Shown: positions 25,176-39,284, counted from the stretch's first letter. The stretch: DNA of 64,000 nucleotides from Mobula birostris (GCF_030028105.1 NC_092402.1:41662538-41726537); one strand, 5' to 3'. The notes: a model not told the origin generated them from the letters alone. Program-made: numbers and translations.

Positions 25176-28100
25176 TCTAGGTTAATATGAGAACCAAACA
25201 TTGCAACTTAAATTGGGCAGAATGCAGAAAAACACTGTTACATGCCCTTCACTATCACAAGTAGAAGCAATCTTTATCATGAGTCCACACATCAGGAAGG
25301 GTTCCCTTCTGGAGGACTGTTCAAATCTGGATATTTTGTAAATCGGGAATGAACAAAAACTGTATGGAAGAGAATCACAGAAGCAGCTGTGATGGAAGAG
25401 CAGCCAGCCTCACTGACTCATTGAGCAAGTGAATACTCAATTCTCTCAAGTCTGTGTGATTTGGCCCAGCCACTCCTAATCTTGTGGCTCAGTGTGGGGG
25501 TGGGGGGAGGGGGAATGTTGAGAGAAGACACAGGGAAATGCTCTGTTCCCACCTGGGAAAAGATGTCTGCAGTCGCACAGCAGCTAGGAAATCCAGTCTC
25601 ATCCATCCTGCATGTCTCCCAAACACCCGAGAAAATATCTGCTCAACCCTGATAAAGATCACCTGCAACCTATACTGGCTGGCAAATCTATCTCCATACA
25701 GACCTTGGAACAGCTGGCACAACAGCTCAATCCACTAATTACTGATGATAATATTGCCTCTGCCTCAGCAGCATCCAGCTATGTGGTTGGCCTCCAACTG
25801 CACTGACTAACTCCAAATCATTTGTGATTTGCTTCACACTTGTGTAGTTCTGCTATAGAGTTGGGGTACTTGTTTAAAAATTGTTCAAAAAATTTCGGAA
25901 ACTCAAATTAGCAAGCTTGTTTGTATGCAGAGGTGTCCTTAAATTTGTTTGCAACCCGGACCGGGCCTATATATTTAAATAAAAGCGTTTATTATATAGT
26001 GGTTAAGCATGTGAAGAAAACCGAAATAGACAGAAATCAAGAACAACCTTGAAAGAATCATTATTTTTTTTTCAAATTATAGAGTCAATAAATACTCAAA
26101 TGCTTCATCATTTCATTAAAATTTGATTGTCAGAAGTTTGAAGAATTTTTTTCTTGGTACAGGATTAAAAATAAAAATAGCTGTTACCCATGCCTTTTAA
26201 TCTGTACATATGGTTGGAAATACGAGCTACTTGGGTATCATCTTGGTGTTAAGGCCAAAATATATTTTTCACAGAATCAGCAACAATTGTGACAGAGATG
26301 CTGTGACCCACAAGATATCTGGCAAGGTTGAGCCTTGCAATGCTGACTTAGTCTTGCTTTTCTCTCCTAAACCATAACCAATAAGATGGCAAAACCTCAA
26401 TCAGTATTCAGTTAGAAACCTGTATGCCATTGACTGAGAACAGAATTGGGTTTAGCTGTGAGTTTACACAATTAGTTTTAAGCTCATCATAAAGTTCAAG
26501 TAGATGATAGAATTTTTTTTTCTAGTGATGCTTCATCTGTCAAATTAAATTGACCTTGTAGACCAGCCACCAGAGTAAAGAACCAAATTCTAGCAGGACG
26601 GTTACTCATCAGGAGGCTAAAAATAATACTTGTAACTGTTTAGTTGCTCAGGTTTTACTCAGTATTGACCTAATGTTTGCGGCAAGCACCTATTGAAAAT
26701 TAGATTGTGAAGTTCAATTCACGTAAAACTATATTCAGTTTTTCTTTTTCCACCCCTCCAGAGTGTGATGCCATTGGTCAGAAAAAATAATTAGAGAAGC
26801 ATAAAAATAAGGTTGTGTCTCCACCATGACACAGTGACGTGGACTGATGAATGCATTCCTGTGTGAATTTTAAAAAGACAATTATATTTAGCCTAGCACT
26901 TTTATAAGTAATTTAGTACATGAAGGATTCTTGTAAAACGAAGAGTGGACAACTACACCTTCAGTGTACTTTCAACCTGTTCTACTTCTCACCTAGAGTG
27001 ATGTAATTGTATTTTGTCCCTCTAAAAATGATGAAAGAGGGGGAAGAACAATTTGCAGTCTCGACCTAATTTTACTAATACTAGTTAAAGCAATATTTTA
27101 ATAGAGTACCTAAGTTATGCTGTACATGTTCATTGTGCTTATGCTATGCACACCATAAAAGATTACAGATTAACAGTGACAATTTTATGGTTTGTTATCA
27201 CTAAATCCATAAAACAGCACACTTTTCATGAATTTAGTTACAAAAGTATTGTAATAACATAAACGTTTACAATCTAAAAGTTCATTTAAATTGGATAGAA
27301 TGTATGTCTGTTAATAAGCTTTCCAGTAAATTGATTTATTTTTTAACTAGCTCTGTTGTCTCAGTGCTTTCCTCATTTTTGCATCTGGTTAACTGGGTTT
27401 CAGTTAAAGCGAACTGTTTTTAAAAAAACTTGTCTACATTGTTTTTTTTATGCAGGAGCAGTTTTTGGTTTTGTGGAGTAAGGTCAGCATTTTTTTTTTT
27501 TGCAGTTATATACCTGGATTGTGGACAAATAACCAATTTCTAACCATCCTCTCTCCACACCTTTGCAATCAATATTTGCAGCATACTAAGCTGAAGATGG
27601 TCATCAGGCTGGTAGCATGTGTGGGCAGAGAGGAAAAGAAAGTGAAAGATAAGCAGGTTTTATAAAATGCAAAGAGCAGGAGAAAACAAGGTGGAAAGGT
27701 GGTGAGATTAAATGACAAATGTGCAAGGAACAGAGTTGAGGTCTATAATTGGCAGGAGCCCTTAAATGAAGACAAAATTAGAACTATTGTTAGTTGAGAG
27801 AAGAATGTTAGGCAGAAGGTCAAGTTATCCTGCTGTTAAAATACTGCTTTAGGATCTTTTTCTCTCAAGCAGATAGAAGAAGCCCCAGTGTAAATATCAA
27901 GTGAAAGTAGTTTTGGGATTAGAACATTTCTGTGCTGCATTGGAGCGTTAGTGGAGGTAAACACATTCAAGCTCTGGGTCAGAGATTGAACCTTCAGGTT
28001 TAAATAAGAATTAGTCACAGAGTAATACAATATGGAAATGAGTCCTTCAGCCAACTCATCCATGGTGACCAGTGCCCACCAAGCTAGTCCCATTTGCACC

Positions 28101-29729
28101 TGTTTAGCTCATATCCCTCAATTCCTCCTATCCATGTACTTACCCAAATGTATTTCAAATGTTACTGTACCTATTACAGTACAATAATTTTGAATCTATT
28201 GAAATAATTCAAAGCTGTGTAATTTTGTCTAAGTTTTAATAATTGCATTTTTGCATTAAAACATTTTACCTTCCAAAATGTTCAGTCACGCCATATAAAA
28301 GTTGTTCAAACTTGTGGTCATCTGTCACAATTGCCTGGTTCTAAATCTATCTTTGCTGCTATTAACTTTAATTAATAAAATGTGATTCTAAAAGTACAGA
28401 GAATGAAATTATGTCCCCAGAATTTTTTTGTCATCAATCACATCTCAAAATTGTTTCATGCTGTTGGATAAGTGGGTATTTCATTTAAATGAACATTTAA
28501 AGCCATACAATTTGGATTAGTTTTCCATTTTGTTGAGAACCCAGACTTCCCAATCACCAATTATAGACATACATTTTTGTACAGTATTCATAGTGGTGCA
28601 AAAGAAATTGTTTCAGACTATTTGAAAGCATGATGGGGTACCATAAACAGTACACAAGACATCACTCAATTCACTTTGTTGAACCAAGGAAATATATGTT
28701 GCTTAATTAAGGGTAAACAGTGAATTATATGGGTAGTCTTTAAAAAAAATGCATGCAGAGAGTTGATTTTTGAACACCAACATGTATTTAGTGCATCTAG
28801 AATCTGGCATTTACATGAAGTGATGGATTCATGACTTACTGCAACTGAAAGGCTCACCATTTTTCTAAACATGACATTCTGCATATTCCATTATAGGGAT
28901 GCTGCCTGATCTGCTGAGTTCCTCCACCATTTATTCTAAAGCAAGATTTTGTATTTGGCAGTACAAATGGAGCTCTTCATTCTGTGTAAAGCTGGGTGCA
29001 AACATATATTTGTGTGCCAACTTATTGCCAAGTAGTGGTAACATATTACTTTCAAGGTTTCTTGGGTCTACTACTGTATAAGGACAAGAATATAGGAGCA
29101 GAAGTAGACCATCTGGCCCTTCATGTGTGTCATGCCATTCAGTATCATCATAGCCCTCAATTCACTAAGAATTTTTCTATTTCCACTAATAGTGAACCAG
29201 CATCGATAACCCTATAGGTTTACTACCATCTGCATGAAATTCTTATGCAGCTCTATCCTCTAAGTCCTCTCATTTAAAACTTTCCCAATAATAAAAATAT
29301 TTCACCATGTCCCTTGTCAAGTCCAAGGATTTTGTGTGTTTCAATAAGATCACCCTTCATTTTTCTAAACTCTAAAGAATAAAGAAACAACATTCTCATG
29401 CCAGGAATTAGTCTAACAAATCTCTCCAAAGCTGGTACCCGGGATTATGTAAGTGTTCCATTTCTGAGAACTGTCCATAATCCAATTTATCTGTGAGCCA
29501 AAAGCAGACAATTTCTCAGTAAGGGAAAAGCAAGTGGGTGACAGAAATAACAAAAGTTCACTCATTTGCAGCCAATTGATGATATAGTCATAAAGTCAGA
29601 GCGCCAGCAGAGACAATGAGATTGCATCAATCATTTCTTGTAAATCAAGCCATAGTTCAAACACTTGCATGCACATACAAGCATTTCCAACATGAATCCT
29701 CTGGTGTTATTTTAAACTTTGAAAACTAT

Positions 29730-31385
29730 AACATCCCAGACCCATAGCAATTTGCCAATAGGCCTACGGCAGATGTGATCTCATTGGCTCTTCATGCAGG
29801 CTTGGATCATCTCAGTGTTAAAAGCAATCATTCCCACAGTCCTGATCGAAAAACTGGGCTTCTGTACCTCCCTCTGCAACTGGATCCTCAAATTCCTAAC
29901 TGAAAGACCATAATCTGTGCAGATTGGATATAACATCTGCACCTCACTGACAATCAACACTGGTGCACCACTGCTCTATGCTCTCTACATCATGACTGTG
30001 TGGCTAGGTACAGCTCAAATGCCATCTATAAATTTGCTGATGAGACAACTATTGTTGGCAGAACTTCAGATGGCAACGAGAGGGTGTTCAGGAGTGAGAT
30101 ATATTAGCTGGCTGAGTGGTGTCTTAGCAACAACCTTGCACTCAACATCAGTAAGACCAAAGAATTGATTGTGGACTTCAGAAAGGGTAAGACATGTTAA
30201 CACATAGCAGTCCTCATCGAGGGATCAGAAGTGGAAAGGGTGAGCAATTTCAAGTTCCTGGGTGTTAATATCTCTGAGGACCTAACCTGGACAAACATAT
30301 TGATGCAGCTGCAAAGAAGGCATGGCAGAGGCTATATATCATTAGGAATTTGAGGAGATTTGGTATCTCACCAAAGACACTCAAATTTCTGCAGATACTT
30401 TATACTTCATTGTCGCCAAACAATTGATACTAGAGCGTACAATCATCACAGCGATATTTGATTCTGCACTTTGCGCTCCTTGGAGTACAAATCAATAGTA
30501 AATATTAAAAATTTAAATTATAAATCATAAATAGAAAATAGAAAAGAGAAAGTAAGGTAGTGCAAAAAAAATGAGAGGCAGGTCCGGATATTTGGAGGAT
30601 ACAGCCCAGATCCGGGTCAGGATCCGTTCAGCAGTCTTATCACAGTTGGAAAGCAGCTGTTCCCAAATCTGGCCGTACGAGTCTTCAAGCTCCTGAGCCT
30701 TCTTTTGGAGGGAAGAGGGACGGAAAGTGTGTTGGCTGGGTGGGTCGTGTCCTTGATTATCCTGGCAGCACTGCTCCGACAGCATGCGGTGTAAGGTGAG
30801 TCCAAGGACGGAAGATTGGTTTGTGTGATGTGCTGGGCTGTGTTCACGATCTTCTGCAGCTTCTTCCGGTCTTGGACAGGACAACTTCCATACCAGGTTG
30901 TGATGCACCCCAGAAGAATGCTTTCCATGGTGCATCTATAAAAATTTGTGAGGGTTTTAGGGGACAGGCCAAATTTCCTTAGCTTCCTCAGAAAGTAAAG
31001 GTGCTGGTGGGCCTTCTTGGCAGTGGACTCTGCTTGGTTGGACCAAGTCAGATGTACTGTGGAGAGCATTCTAACTGGCTGCATCACCATATGGTATGGG
31101 GAGAGGCTGCTGCACAAGACCAAAATAAGCTGCAGAGAGTTGTAAACTTAGTCAGCTCCATCATGGGTACTAGCCTCTCCAGCATCCAGGACATTGTCAA
31201 CGAGCAATTCCTCAAAAGGTAGAATCCATTATTAAGGACCTCCATCACTCAGCTCATGCCTTGTTCTCATTGCTACCATCAGGAAGGATGTACAGGAGCT
31301 TGAAGGCGCATATTCAGCAATTCAGGAATAGCTTCTTCCATCAGATTTCTGAATGGACATTGAACCCATGAACACTATCTCACTA
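29730..31385 (+). mobile_element. Rex1/Babar-type LINE RT-to-3' fragment, interrupted by a younger related copy
   Basis: KFADETTIVG, FKFLGV and VESILTGCITIWYG coding segments. Confidence 0.8.
30397..31048 (-). mobile_element. Younger Rex1-type LINE 3' end nested in opposite orientation
   Basis: Open frame KKAHQHLYFLRKLRKFG...FPTVIRLLN; flanked by CAGAT at 30392-30396 and 31049-31053. Confidence 0.85.
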
Positions 31386-31799
31386 TTTATTTTATATATC
31401 AAAGAATGTATACAGTATACATCCTGAAATTCTTGGTCTTTGCAGACATCCACATAAACAGAAGAGTACCACAAAGAATGAATGACAGTAAAAATGTTGG
31501 AACCCCAAAGCCCCCCCCCTCAGAAATAGCAGCAAAGCATCAACCCTCTCCCTCCTGCACTTATTTCAGCAAAAAGCATCAGCACCCACCACCCACTAAG
31601 CAAGCAACAGCAAAGCTCCCAAAAGAGACCATGATCTGCAGTTTTTCCATTTTTTGCTATTATTATGTATTACATTGGACTGCTGCTGCAAAAATGTCAA
31701 ATTTCATGCCATATGCTGGTGACATTAAACCTGATTTTAATTCTGATTCTGACCAAGTACAATTGACAAGGGAGAGGGTAAACAGCCAGACATCATTGT

Positions 31800-32820
31800 T
31801 CATGTTAGCACAAGTAACATCAACAGAGAAAGGGATGAGATCCTGCAGAGTGAATATAGGGAACAAGTTAAAATGCAGGACTTCTAGGTAGAAATCTGGA
31901 TTACTTCTAGTGCCACATGTTAGTGAGGTTAAGAGTAGGGAAATATTGAAAATGAATGCCTGGCTGAAATATTGGTATATTCAGGAATTCAGATTTTTGG
32001 ACCATTGAGATCTTTTCTGGGCAGAAGTAACCTGGACTGGAGGGGGACCAATATCCTGGCAGGCAGATTTTCTAGTGCAGCTAGGGTGGGTTTAAAATAG
32101 ATTGGCATGGGGGTGGGATTCCAAGCATCAGGGAGGCAAATAAGAGACTGGAAAGTGATGGGAAGTTGAATAGATATGACAGGCAGCAGAATGGCCAGAA
32201 GTGAGTTAAGTCTATTAGGATTAATCTGCACTTATTTCAATACAGGAAGTTGATAGGTAAAATGGAAGAACTTAATGGTTGGGATTGTTATGTGGGACTG
32301 GGATATTTTAGCCATAAAGGAAACATAGCTAAGGGAGGTCAGGACTAGCAGCTTAATGTTCTGAAGTACAGGTGTTTTAGGTGGGATAGAGGTGGAGGAA
32401 GAGGAGTTGCATTTTCAATTAAGGGGTATGTCACAGTAGTGAGAAAATAGATCACCCACTGAGGCCTTATGGATGAAGCTGAGAAATGAGCAGGCATAAT
32501 CGCATTATTGGAATTGTACTAAAGAGTCCCCAAATATGCTGAGAGATTGTGTGGAGCTGTAAGAATTATATGGTTGTCACAATAGGGGATCTTAACTTTC
32601 TTCAAAAGTTTAGATGGGGCATTCAGGAAAGTTTACTTGAGCAATATATGGAGAGGGTAAAGCCCAGCCTGTTGTTGGGTAACATGGCAGGCAAGTGACT
32701 GAGGTGACAGAAGTACTTTGACAACAATGACCATAGTTATATTAGTTTAAAAATGGTATGGAAAGGGACCATAGTGGTCGACGGGTTCAAGCTCCACACT
32801 GGGACAAAGCAAATTTTGAC
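31800..32820 (+). mobile_element. Highly decayed CR1 5' region (ORF1 end and endonuclease)
   Basis: tctggattact...gtgccacatg and gggaccaatatcctggcagg segments, GDLNF and DH-like remnants. Confidence 0.65.
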
Positions 32821-32889
32821 CCCCTGAGCTTGTCTTCTTTAGGCATTTTTGGTCGAACTACTTGCAGTCTTTGGGAACGCAAATTTAAG

Positions 32890-33300
32890 AAAAGCACACT
32901 GACGCAGAACAGTACTAACGCTTGGGTGGCAATAAGTAACTGTTCCGCTCTCTGCTGTTTATAGGATGACCTCCGCTGCTTTAACGTCAGCGCGCCGGGT
33001 GCGAACCTCGCAGCGTGGCTGAGGCGGAAGGTGAGTAAAAGCCCGTCTGTAACTAGCGGCCGTGGTAAAGGGCGATGGAGTTTGGGCACGCTGACAATCC
33101 AAGCGGGTCGTCAGAATCTCCCACCGTTTTCTGTGATACAGGGACGGACCCCGACATGATTAAGTCTGATTTTATTCGTTTCTGAATATTATAGGGAATG
33201 TTATAAAATATAGAGCAGTTATTCCCGGAAGAATAAAATAAAACCTCACGGTGAAAATAAAATGATAATTAATACCGTCGCACGATGCACGAGAAAATGT
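32890..33300 (+). promoter_or_regulatory. ghdc: CpG-rich GHDC promoter and non-coding first exon ending at 33030 (donor AAG|GTGAGT at 33031)
   Basis: Sharp local CpG enrichment in non-repeat sequence, consensus donor, CGGAAG and TGACG motifs; next exon starts with ATG right after an acceptor. Confidence 0.75.
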
Positions 33301-34940
33301 TATGCCGACTGACAAATACGAACGAATTAGATTTCCTGTTATTTCTCGGCTATATTTTCAGGCCTCGTATTCATGAATTACAAATACACGTGATCTCTCC
33401 CGATTCTGTTTCCACCACCCATAATCACTGGGTAATTTGACTCCCGTGAAATGAAAGTGAAACTCTTGAAAAACAGGCCAAGCAGAATCTGGGAAGAAAA
33501 AAGAAAACGCTAGATGTGTCTCTTCATATAGATCTGAACACTGATGACGTTTGTGGAGAAAAGGAATTTGCAACTTATTTTGAACAAATACACGGTGATA
33601 CTTTAATTGATAATCTTTGACCTGCCTTGTGCTTATCTATACCATTTATGAGATCCAGGGGTGTTTGGATAAGCATGATTCGGGGAACATGGAGTTGACG
33701 CTGAATGAAAGATGGTAGACTAATGCAGCATTATTAAAGGTGGCGACAATCGATTTTCGTTCAACAAATACCCCTGGAGGTCAGGGTCTGAAGTTTGCAA
33801 ATTTGCAGTAAAGTTGATAAGTTTTTTTTTCACAAATAAAAGTTATTAATTTGCATTGGAATATATTGAACACAGATAATAAACATTAATGGGTTCACAG
33901 TTAAAAGTACTGTTTGCAGTTCAGGACCTATAGGAAGAACGTTGTTGCTTTAGAGAAGGTACATTAACATTCACTTAGATGCTGTTAAGTATGAGGAAAA
34001 TAAATATAATTTGACAACTTGGATTTATTCCATTGCAATGGTACAGATGTGATGCAAAAGTGTTGAAAATCATGCAGGATGTGACAGTGAGTACAGCCAG
34101 AACTACACTAGTCTGGATGTCAAAGATTCAAACATTGTTAATTGTAAGACATTTAGAAGAACAGCAGGAGAAAAGTCTGGAAACTGAACACAGAGTTTCA
34201 ATTCAGATGGAGACTTTCAATACAGGAGACATTTGGGAAGATTAGGAATCATAAACAATAAGTTGATACTGGCCATAGCATGGAAACAGACTCTAGTTCA
34301 ACTCATCCATGCCAGCCCAAGATGCCTAGTTCCAGTTCCCCTGCATTTGTCCTGTCTCCCTCTAAGTGTTTCCTAACCATGGGGCTGGAGAAAAGTACTA
34401 TCAAATGATTATTTTTAAAACTTTTCTACTTTGTTGATGTTAATTAAGGAAGCGTGTTTAATTAAATTAACTTACTTTCATACAAAGTCATATAATATAT
34501 ACTTGCAACACAGACAGAGGGTATTCACCCTGTAAAGTTAATGCCAATTTCAAGGGCAGCTGTCTCATCTCCCCTCCCTTTTCCCCATGTACCCCTTGCA
34601 ACATACTGTTTCATACATGTCCATCAACCTCCCCCCCCCCCACTTGTTTCTTTTTTGTCATTATCCTACACCAAGGATATTTACAGTCACTAGTTAACCT
34701 ACCAGCACACCTTCACACCTTCGTGATGAGGGAAGAAGCTTGGCTCCTGGAATAAAGAATACACAGTCGTGGAGAGAACGTGAATACACCCAGACAACAT
34801 CCAAAATTAGAATCCTGAAGGTGAGGGACATCAGCAATATTGTGTCAAGTTGAACTGGTGGCAGATCACTAGGAGGTAGTATTTATAATGGTGGGATTTC
34901 ACTTGTATTTGATGTATTCACAGTGGTTATTTCTTGACAG

Positions 34941-35417
34941 ATGCTTCTCCTTGCTGCCTTTGTAATCCCTGCCCTGTGGGTATTGGTATTGCTCTGGTAT
35001 TATATCTGCAGAAAGTCGCCGGGCCAGAAGAGACCTTTCTTCAGCCTTTTGCACCAGTACCTCTTTCAGAGGTATGTGAGCCTTCTAAGCCTTTGGCAGA
35101 GGCAAAGACTTGAACTCAGCACCAAAGATGTTCAACAAGTGCAGCAAAGCACTCTGCTGCACAGGCTGCACAAGGATAGAAACACGGAGTATGGAAAAGT
35201 GTACCGATTCTCTGAAGTTACAGACCGTGAATCATTCTGCAACTTTCACCTCCTGACACAATACGGTCACTATAAAGATTACATCCAGCGCATTGGCAAA
35301 GGAGAGGAAAACGTATTGATTTCCGAGAGACCAAGTGCCCTCTCTGTGACATCAGGGACCTCAGGCTCTACCGCTATCTTACTGAGCGTCGAAACAGCAA
35401 CTAGTGACTTCCATCAG
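34941..35417 (+). CDS. ghdc: GHDC coding exon 1: hydrophobic signal/anchor plus GH3 N-terminus with VTSGTSG P-loop-like motif
   Basis: ttgacag|ATG, donor CAG|gta, 159 codons; NTEYGK and TSGTSG GH3/ANL motifs. Confidence 0.92.
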
Positions 35418-35466
35418 GTACTGGAACTTTATATAATGTGGTGTATCTTTGTGTTTAATGTCTAAA

Positions 35467-35797
35467 GGGGGGCATGCTAGCGTAGCGGTGAGTGCGGTTT
35501 CTTTAGAGCACCAGTGATCACTGATTGGGGTTTGATTCCTGCCACGGTCCGTAAGAAATTTGTGTGTTCTGCCAGTGACTGCGTGGGTTTACTCTGGGTG
35601 CTCTGGTTTCCTCCCACATTGTAAAGGCGTACAAGTTAGGCTTAGTAAGTTGTGGAATGCCATGTTGGCACTGGAAGCATGGTGTCACTTTCCTGGCTGC
35701 CCTCACAATCTTTGCTGATTTGGTTTGACACAAATGATGCATTTCACTGTACGTTTTGATGTACATGTGACAAATAAAGTTAATCTTTAATCTTTAA
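35467..35797 (+). mobile_element. tRNA-derived V-SINE with LINE-derived tail
   Basis: A/B-box-like head, V-domain gtgggtttactctgggtgctctggtttcctcccacat, (aatcttt)n tail. Confidence 0.8.
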
Positions 35798-35844
35798 ATT
35801 TAACTACTGATTTCTTTCTACTTCATTCATCTATTAATTGAAGA

Positions 35845-36125
35845 GTCGAGGATCTAAGGGCACGGCCTCAGAATATAGGAACACACCTTTAGAACTGAGA
35901 CGAGGAGGAATTTCTTTAGCCACAGGATGATGAATCTGTAGAACTTGTTACCACAGAGGACCGGGGAGGCCAGGCCATTTGTGTATTTAAGGTAGAGATT
36001 GATATGTTCTTGATTGGAAAGGGAGTTAAGGTTTATGGGGAGAAGACAGTAAGAGGGGGTTGAAAATAATGTTGGTCATGATTGAATGGTAGAGCAGACC
36101 TAATTCTGCTCCTATATCTTATGAT
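35845..36125 (+). mobile_element. CR1 3' fragment
   Basis: gaggaggaatttctttagcca...ctaattctgctcctatatcttatg. Confidence 0.75.
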
Positions 36126-36684
36126 CAAATTAAGGCAATATTGCTCCAGCCTGTCCGCTGCTCTCCAAGATATATATTTTTGAGGTTCCATGTCGTGATT
36201 CTCACTGACTTCTGAGTACAGTGCTCAATGGAAAACTTGGTGTGTAAACACAGAAAATGTAGTACGATTTTGGGTGTGCAGTGATGATGAGCAGTAAATT
36301 GTTTCACATTGTAGCAGAATTTGATTTCCATTGAAATTTTAATTTGTTGTGAGCAATGCTACAGGAGATGGGTAATATACCTATGTATTTAAATCACAGA
36401 CTAACCAAGTAGATATCAGTTGCATCAGGAAGTCTTTGTGTGAATCATAAACATAATGTAACCAGACATTCTGCAGATAGCTTTCACTGCGCAAATTATG
36501 ATCAGCAAATTCAGTGACATTTAAGCAAAGAGCAACGTAATTTTTAGTCAATGACCTTGCTCAGGCAATGAAGAGTATGCCTTCGCAGAGGAGAGTTTGA
36601 GCCATTCCCCCAGGAAGTGGGGGGAGGGGGTTGTAGAACTGGAACGTGCTTTTGCACAAGGAGAAAACTGGAAAATGGAATGTT

Positions 36685-37720
36685 AAACACAAAAGATTCT
36701 GCAGATACTGCCAATCCAGAACTACACACACACACACACACACACACAATGCAGAAGGAACTCAACAGGTTCGACAGCATCTATGGAAATAAATAAACAG
36801 TCGATATTTTGGGCTGAGAACCTTCATCAGGACTGGAAATGAAGGGGTAAGAAGGTGGAGAGAGGGAAGGAGTATAAGCTGGAAGATAATAGGTGAAGCC
36901 AGGTGGATGGGGGAGGGGGAGATGAAGTGAAAAGCTGGGAGAGGATAGGTGGAAAAGGCAAAGGGCTGGAGAAGAAGGAATCTTTATAGAAGAGGAGAAT
37001 GGATCATGGGAGAAAGGGAAGGAGGAGGCATACCAGGGGATGTGATAGGCAGGTGAGGAAAAGAGTAGAGGTAAGAAGGTGCCAGAGGGGAGAATTCAAG
37101 AAGAAAAAGGGGGGGGGAGGGAAGAGAAATTACCAGAAGGAGAAATCACTGTTCATGCCATCAGGTTGGAGCTACCCAGACTGAATATGAGGTGTTTCTT
37201 CTCCAACCTGAGAGTGGCCTCATCATGGCAGTAGAGGAGGCCATGGACCAACATGTCGGAATGGGATTGGAGATTAGAATTAAAGTGGTTGGCCACCAGG
37301 AAATCCTGCTTTTTGTAGATGGAGTGAAGATGCTCAACAAAGCAGTTCCCCCAGTCTATATTAGGTCTCACCAATGTAGAAGAGACTGCATCGGGAGCCG
37401 GATATAGTAGGTGACCCCAACAGATTTGCAGGTGAAGTGTTGCCTTACCTGGGAGGACTGTTTGGGGACAGGAATGGTAGTGAGGGAGGAAGTGAATGGG
37501 CAGGTGTACCACTTTTTCCACTTGCAGGGATAAGTGCCAGGAGGGAGATCGGGGGAAGGGACGAATGGGAGAAGGGAACCATAGAGGGAGTGACCCCTGC
37601 GGAAAACAGAGAGTGGGGAGAGGGAGGTAAAGATGTGCTTGATGGTAGGGTCCCGCTGGAAGATGAAATATTGCCTGGTGGTGGTTGAGTCGAGGAGAAC
37701 GTATGTCTGCAGCGGCTGAA
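36685..37720 (-). mobile_element. Penelope-like element 3' part: GIY-YIG endonuclease remnant plus pLTR with degenerate hammerhead at ~36799-36834; (CA)n at 36724-36747
   Basis: FVEHLHS...VANHFNS...H...RLEKKHLIFSLG peptide; minus-strand agtcctgatgaaggttctcagcccaaaatatcgact. Confidence 0.85.
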
Positions 37721-38565
37721 GAGAAAGGAACAGAAGGTGCCTTCCCCCTTGTATCCTTGCACCAGTTTGTGTACGTAATCAACCTGATAAAAGGGCACTG
37801 AAGACAAAAGTTCAAACATTACAGTAAGTCAAAGAAAGATAGAACAAGATGAGCTAAAAATATAATTGGTGTATGTGGGACAAATAAAAAAGGGACTCTG
37901 CCCCCTATCGTATTTGTAAATCGCAACTGTTAAATGTGTGTATGCATCTGTATTATGAGTTATTCTGTATACGGTGGAGATTTACGCCATAACTCAGCAG
38001 CATATAAAGTTTGGGCTTTAAAGAAGCAAATATACGCTCACAAGCTGAGTGTAAGACAATTAGATATTAGTTAAAACAATACAATGTGGGGCAGCATGCA
38101 ATGTCGAGGTGGAATAACTGATAGTTTGCATATACACAGGAAGTTGCAGTTTTGAGATGCCTGCCTCTCGCCTGGCTGTGGTGTAAAAGTCCCTCACCAG
38201 TGTATTGTCCTTACAACCCCCTTAATGCCATGAAGTAGTGGTATTTGCTCACTCTTCATCTGATGATCATACCTGTAAATGGATGGAGCCTGTGTAGGAA
38301 ATTATGATGGTGATATGTCATAATGATAAATAATCTCACTGATCCTGAAATTTCAAGTTAAAAGTGTAGAATATTCTTAGATTTTAGTGTTTGTTTGTTC
38401 ATATTTAGATCACTTTTTATTTTCTGTACATAATTTCAATCTATGCTTTTTGGTTTAGACAGTCACAGTGAGCCTCAATGCTGTTTTTCTGCTCGCACCT
38501 CCTGTTCACCTCAGTGAGTCTGTTTTAAATCCTTACAGAGTATCCAGACATTGTCAAGTATCAGC

Positions 38566-39011
38566 CATAACCATATAACAATTACAGCACGGAAACAGGC
38601 CATCTCGGCCCTTCTAGTCCGTGCCGAGCGCTTACTCTCACCTAGTCCCACCGACCTGCACTCAGCCCATAACCCTCCATTCCTTTCCTGTCCATATACC
38701 TATCCAATTTAACTTTAAATGACAACATCGAACCTGCCTCAACCACTTCTGCTGGAAGCTCGTTCCACACAGCCACCACTCTCTGTGTAAAGAAGTTCCC
38801 CCTCATGTTACCCCTAAACTTTTGCCCTTTAACTCTCAACTCATGTCCACTTGTTTGAATGTCCCCCATTCTCAATGGAAAAACCCAATCCACGTCAACT
38901 CTATCTATCCCTCTCATAATTTTAAACACCTCTATCAAGTCCCCCCTCAACCTTCTACGCTCCAAAGAATAAAGACCCAACTTGTTCAACCTTTCTCTGT
39001 AACTTAGGTGC
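38566..39011 (-). mobile_element. Young CR1 3' end
   Basis: Open peptide LGLYSLERRRLRGDLIEVFKIM...FFTQRVVAVWNELP. Confidence 0.92.
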
Positions 39012-39284
39012 TCTTTAGTGATTGATCCTGGTTCCAGTAAACAAATGAATTAATTATATAAATCAATAAAGTAATAAAATCTGATTCCCAGCAAAACTTA
39101 GTAAGTTTTCAAAATGAAAATTTTGAAAGTTTTTGAAGGATTACTTCAATATGAAGATATTGATTATATTAACAATTTAAAATCTTACTGAAAGTATTAA
39201 GAATATATTGACATTGTTGGGTTGTGATTTATTATTCCTTGACTGAACTGATTTAACTGGAGGTGTGGTTCCAGTTAGTAATAC

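Noticed and set aside
31406-31891. 161-aa ORF upstream of GHDC
   Set aside because: Spans joined retroposon tails; no recognisable domain or splice support
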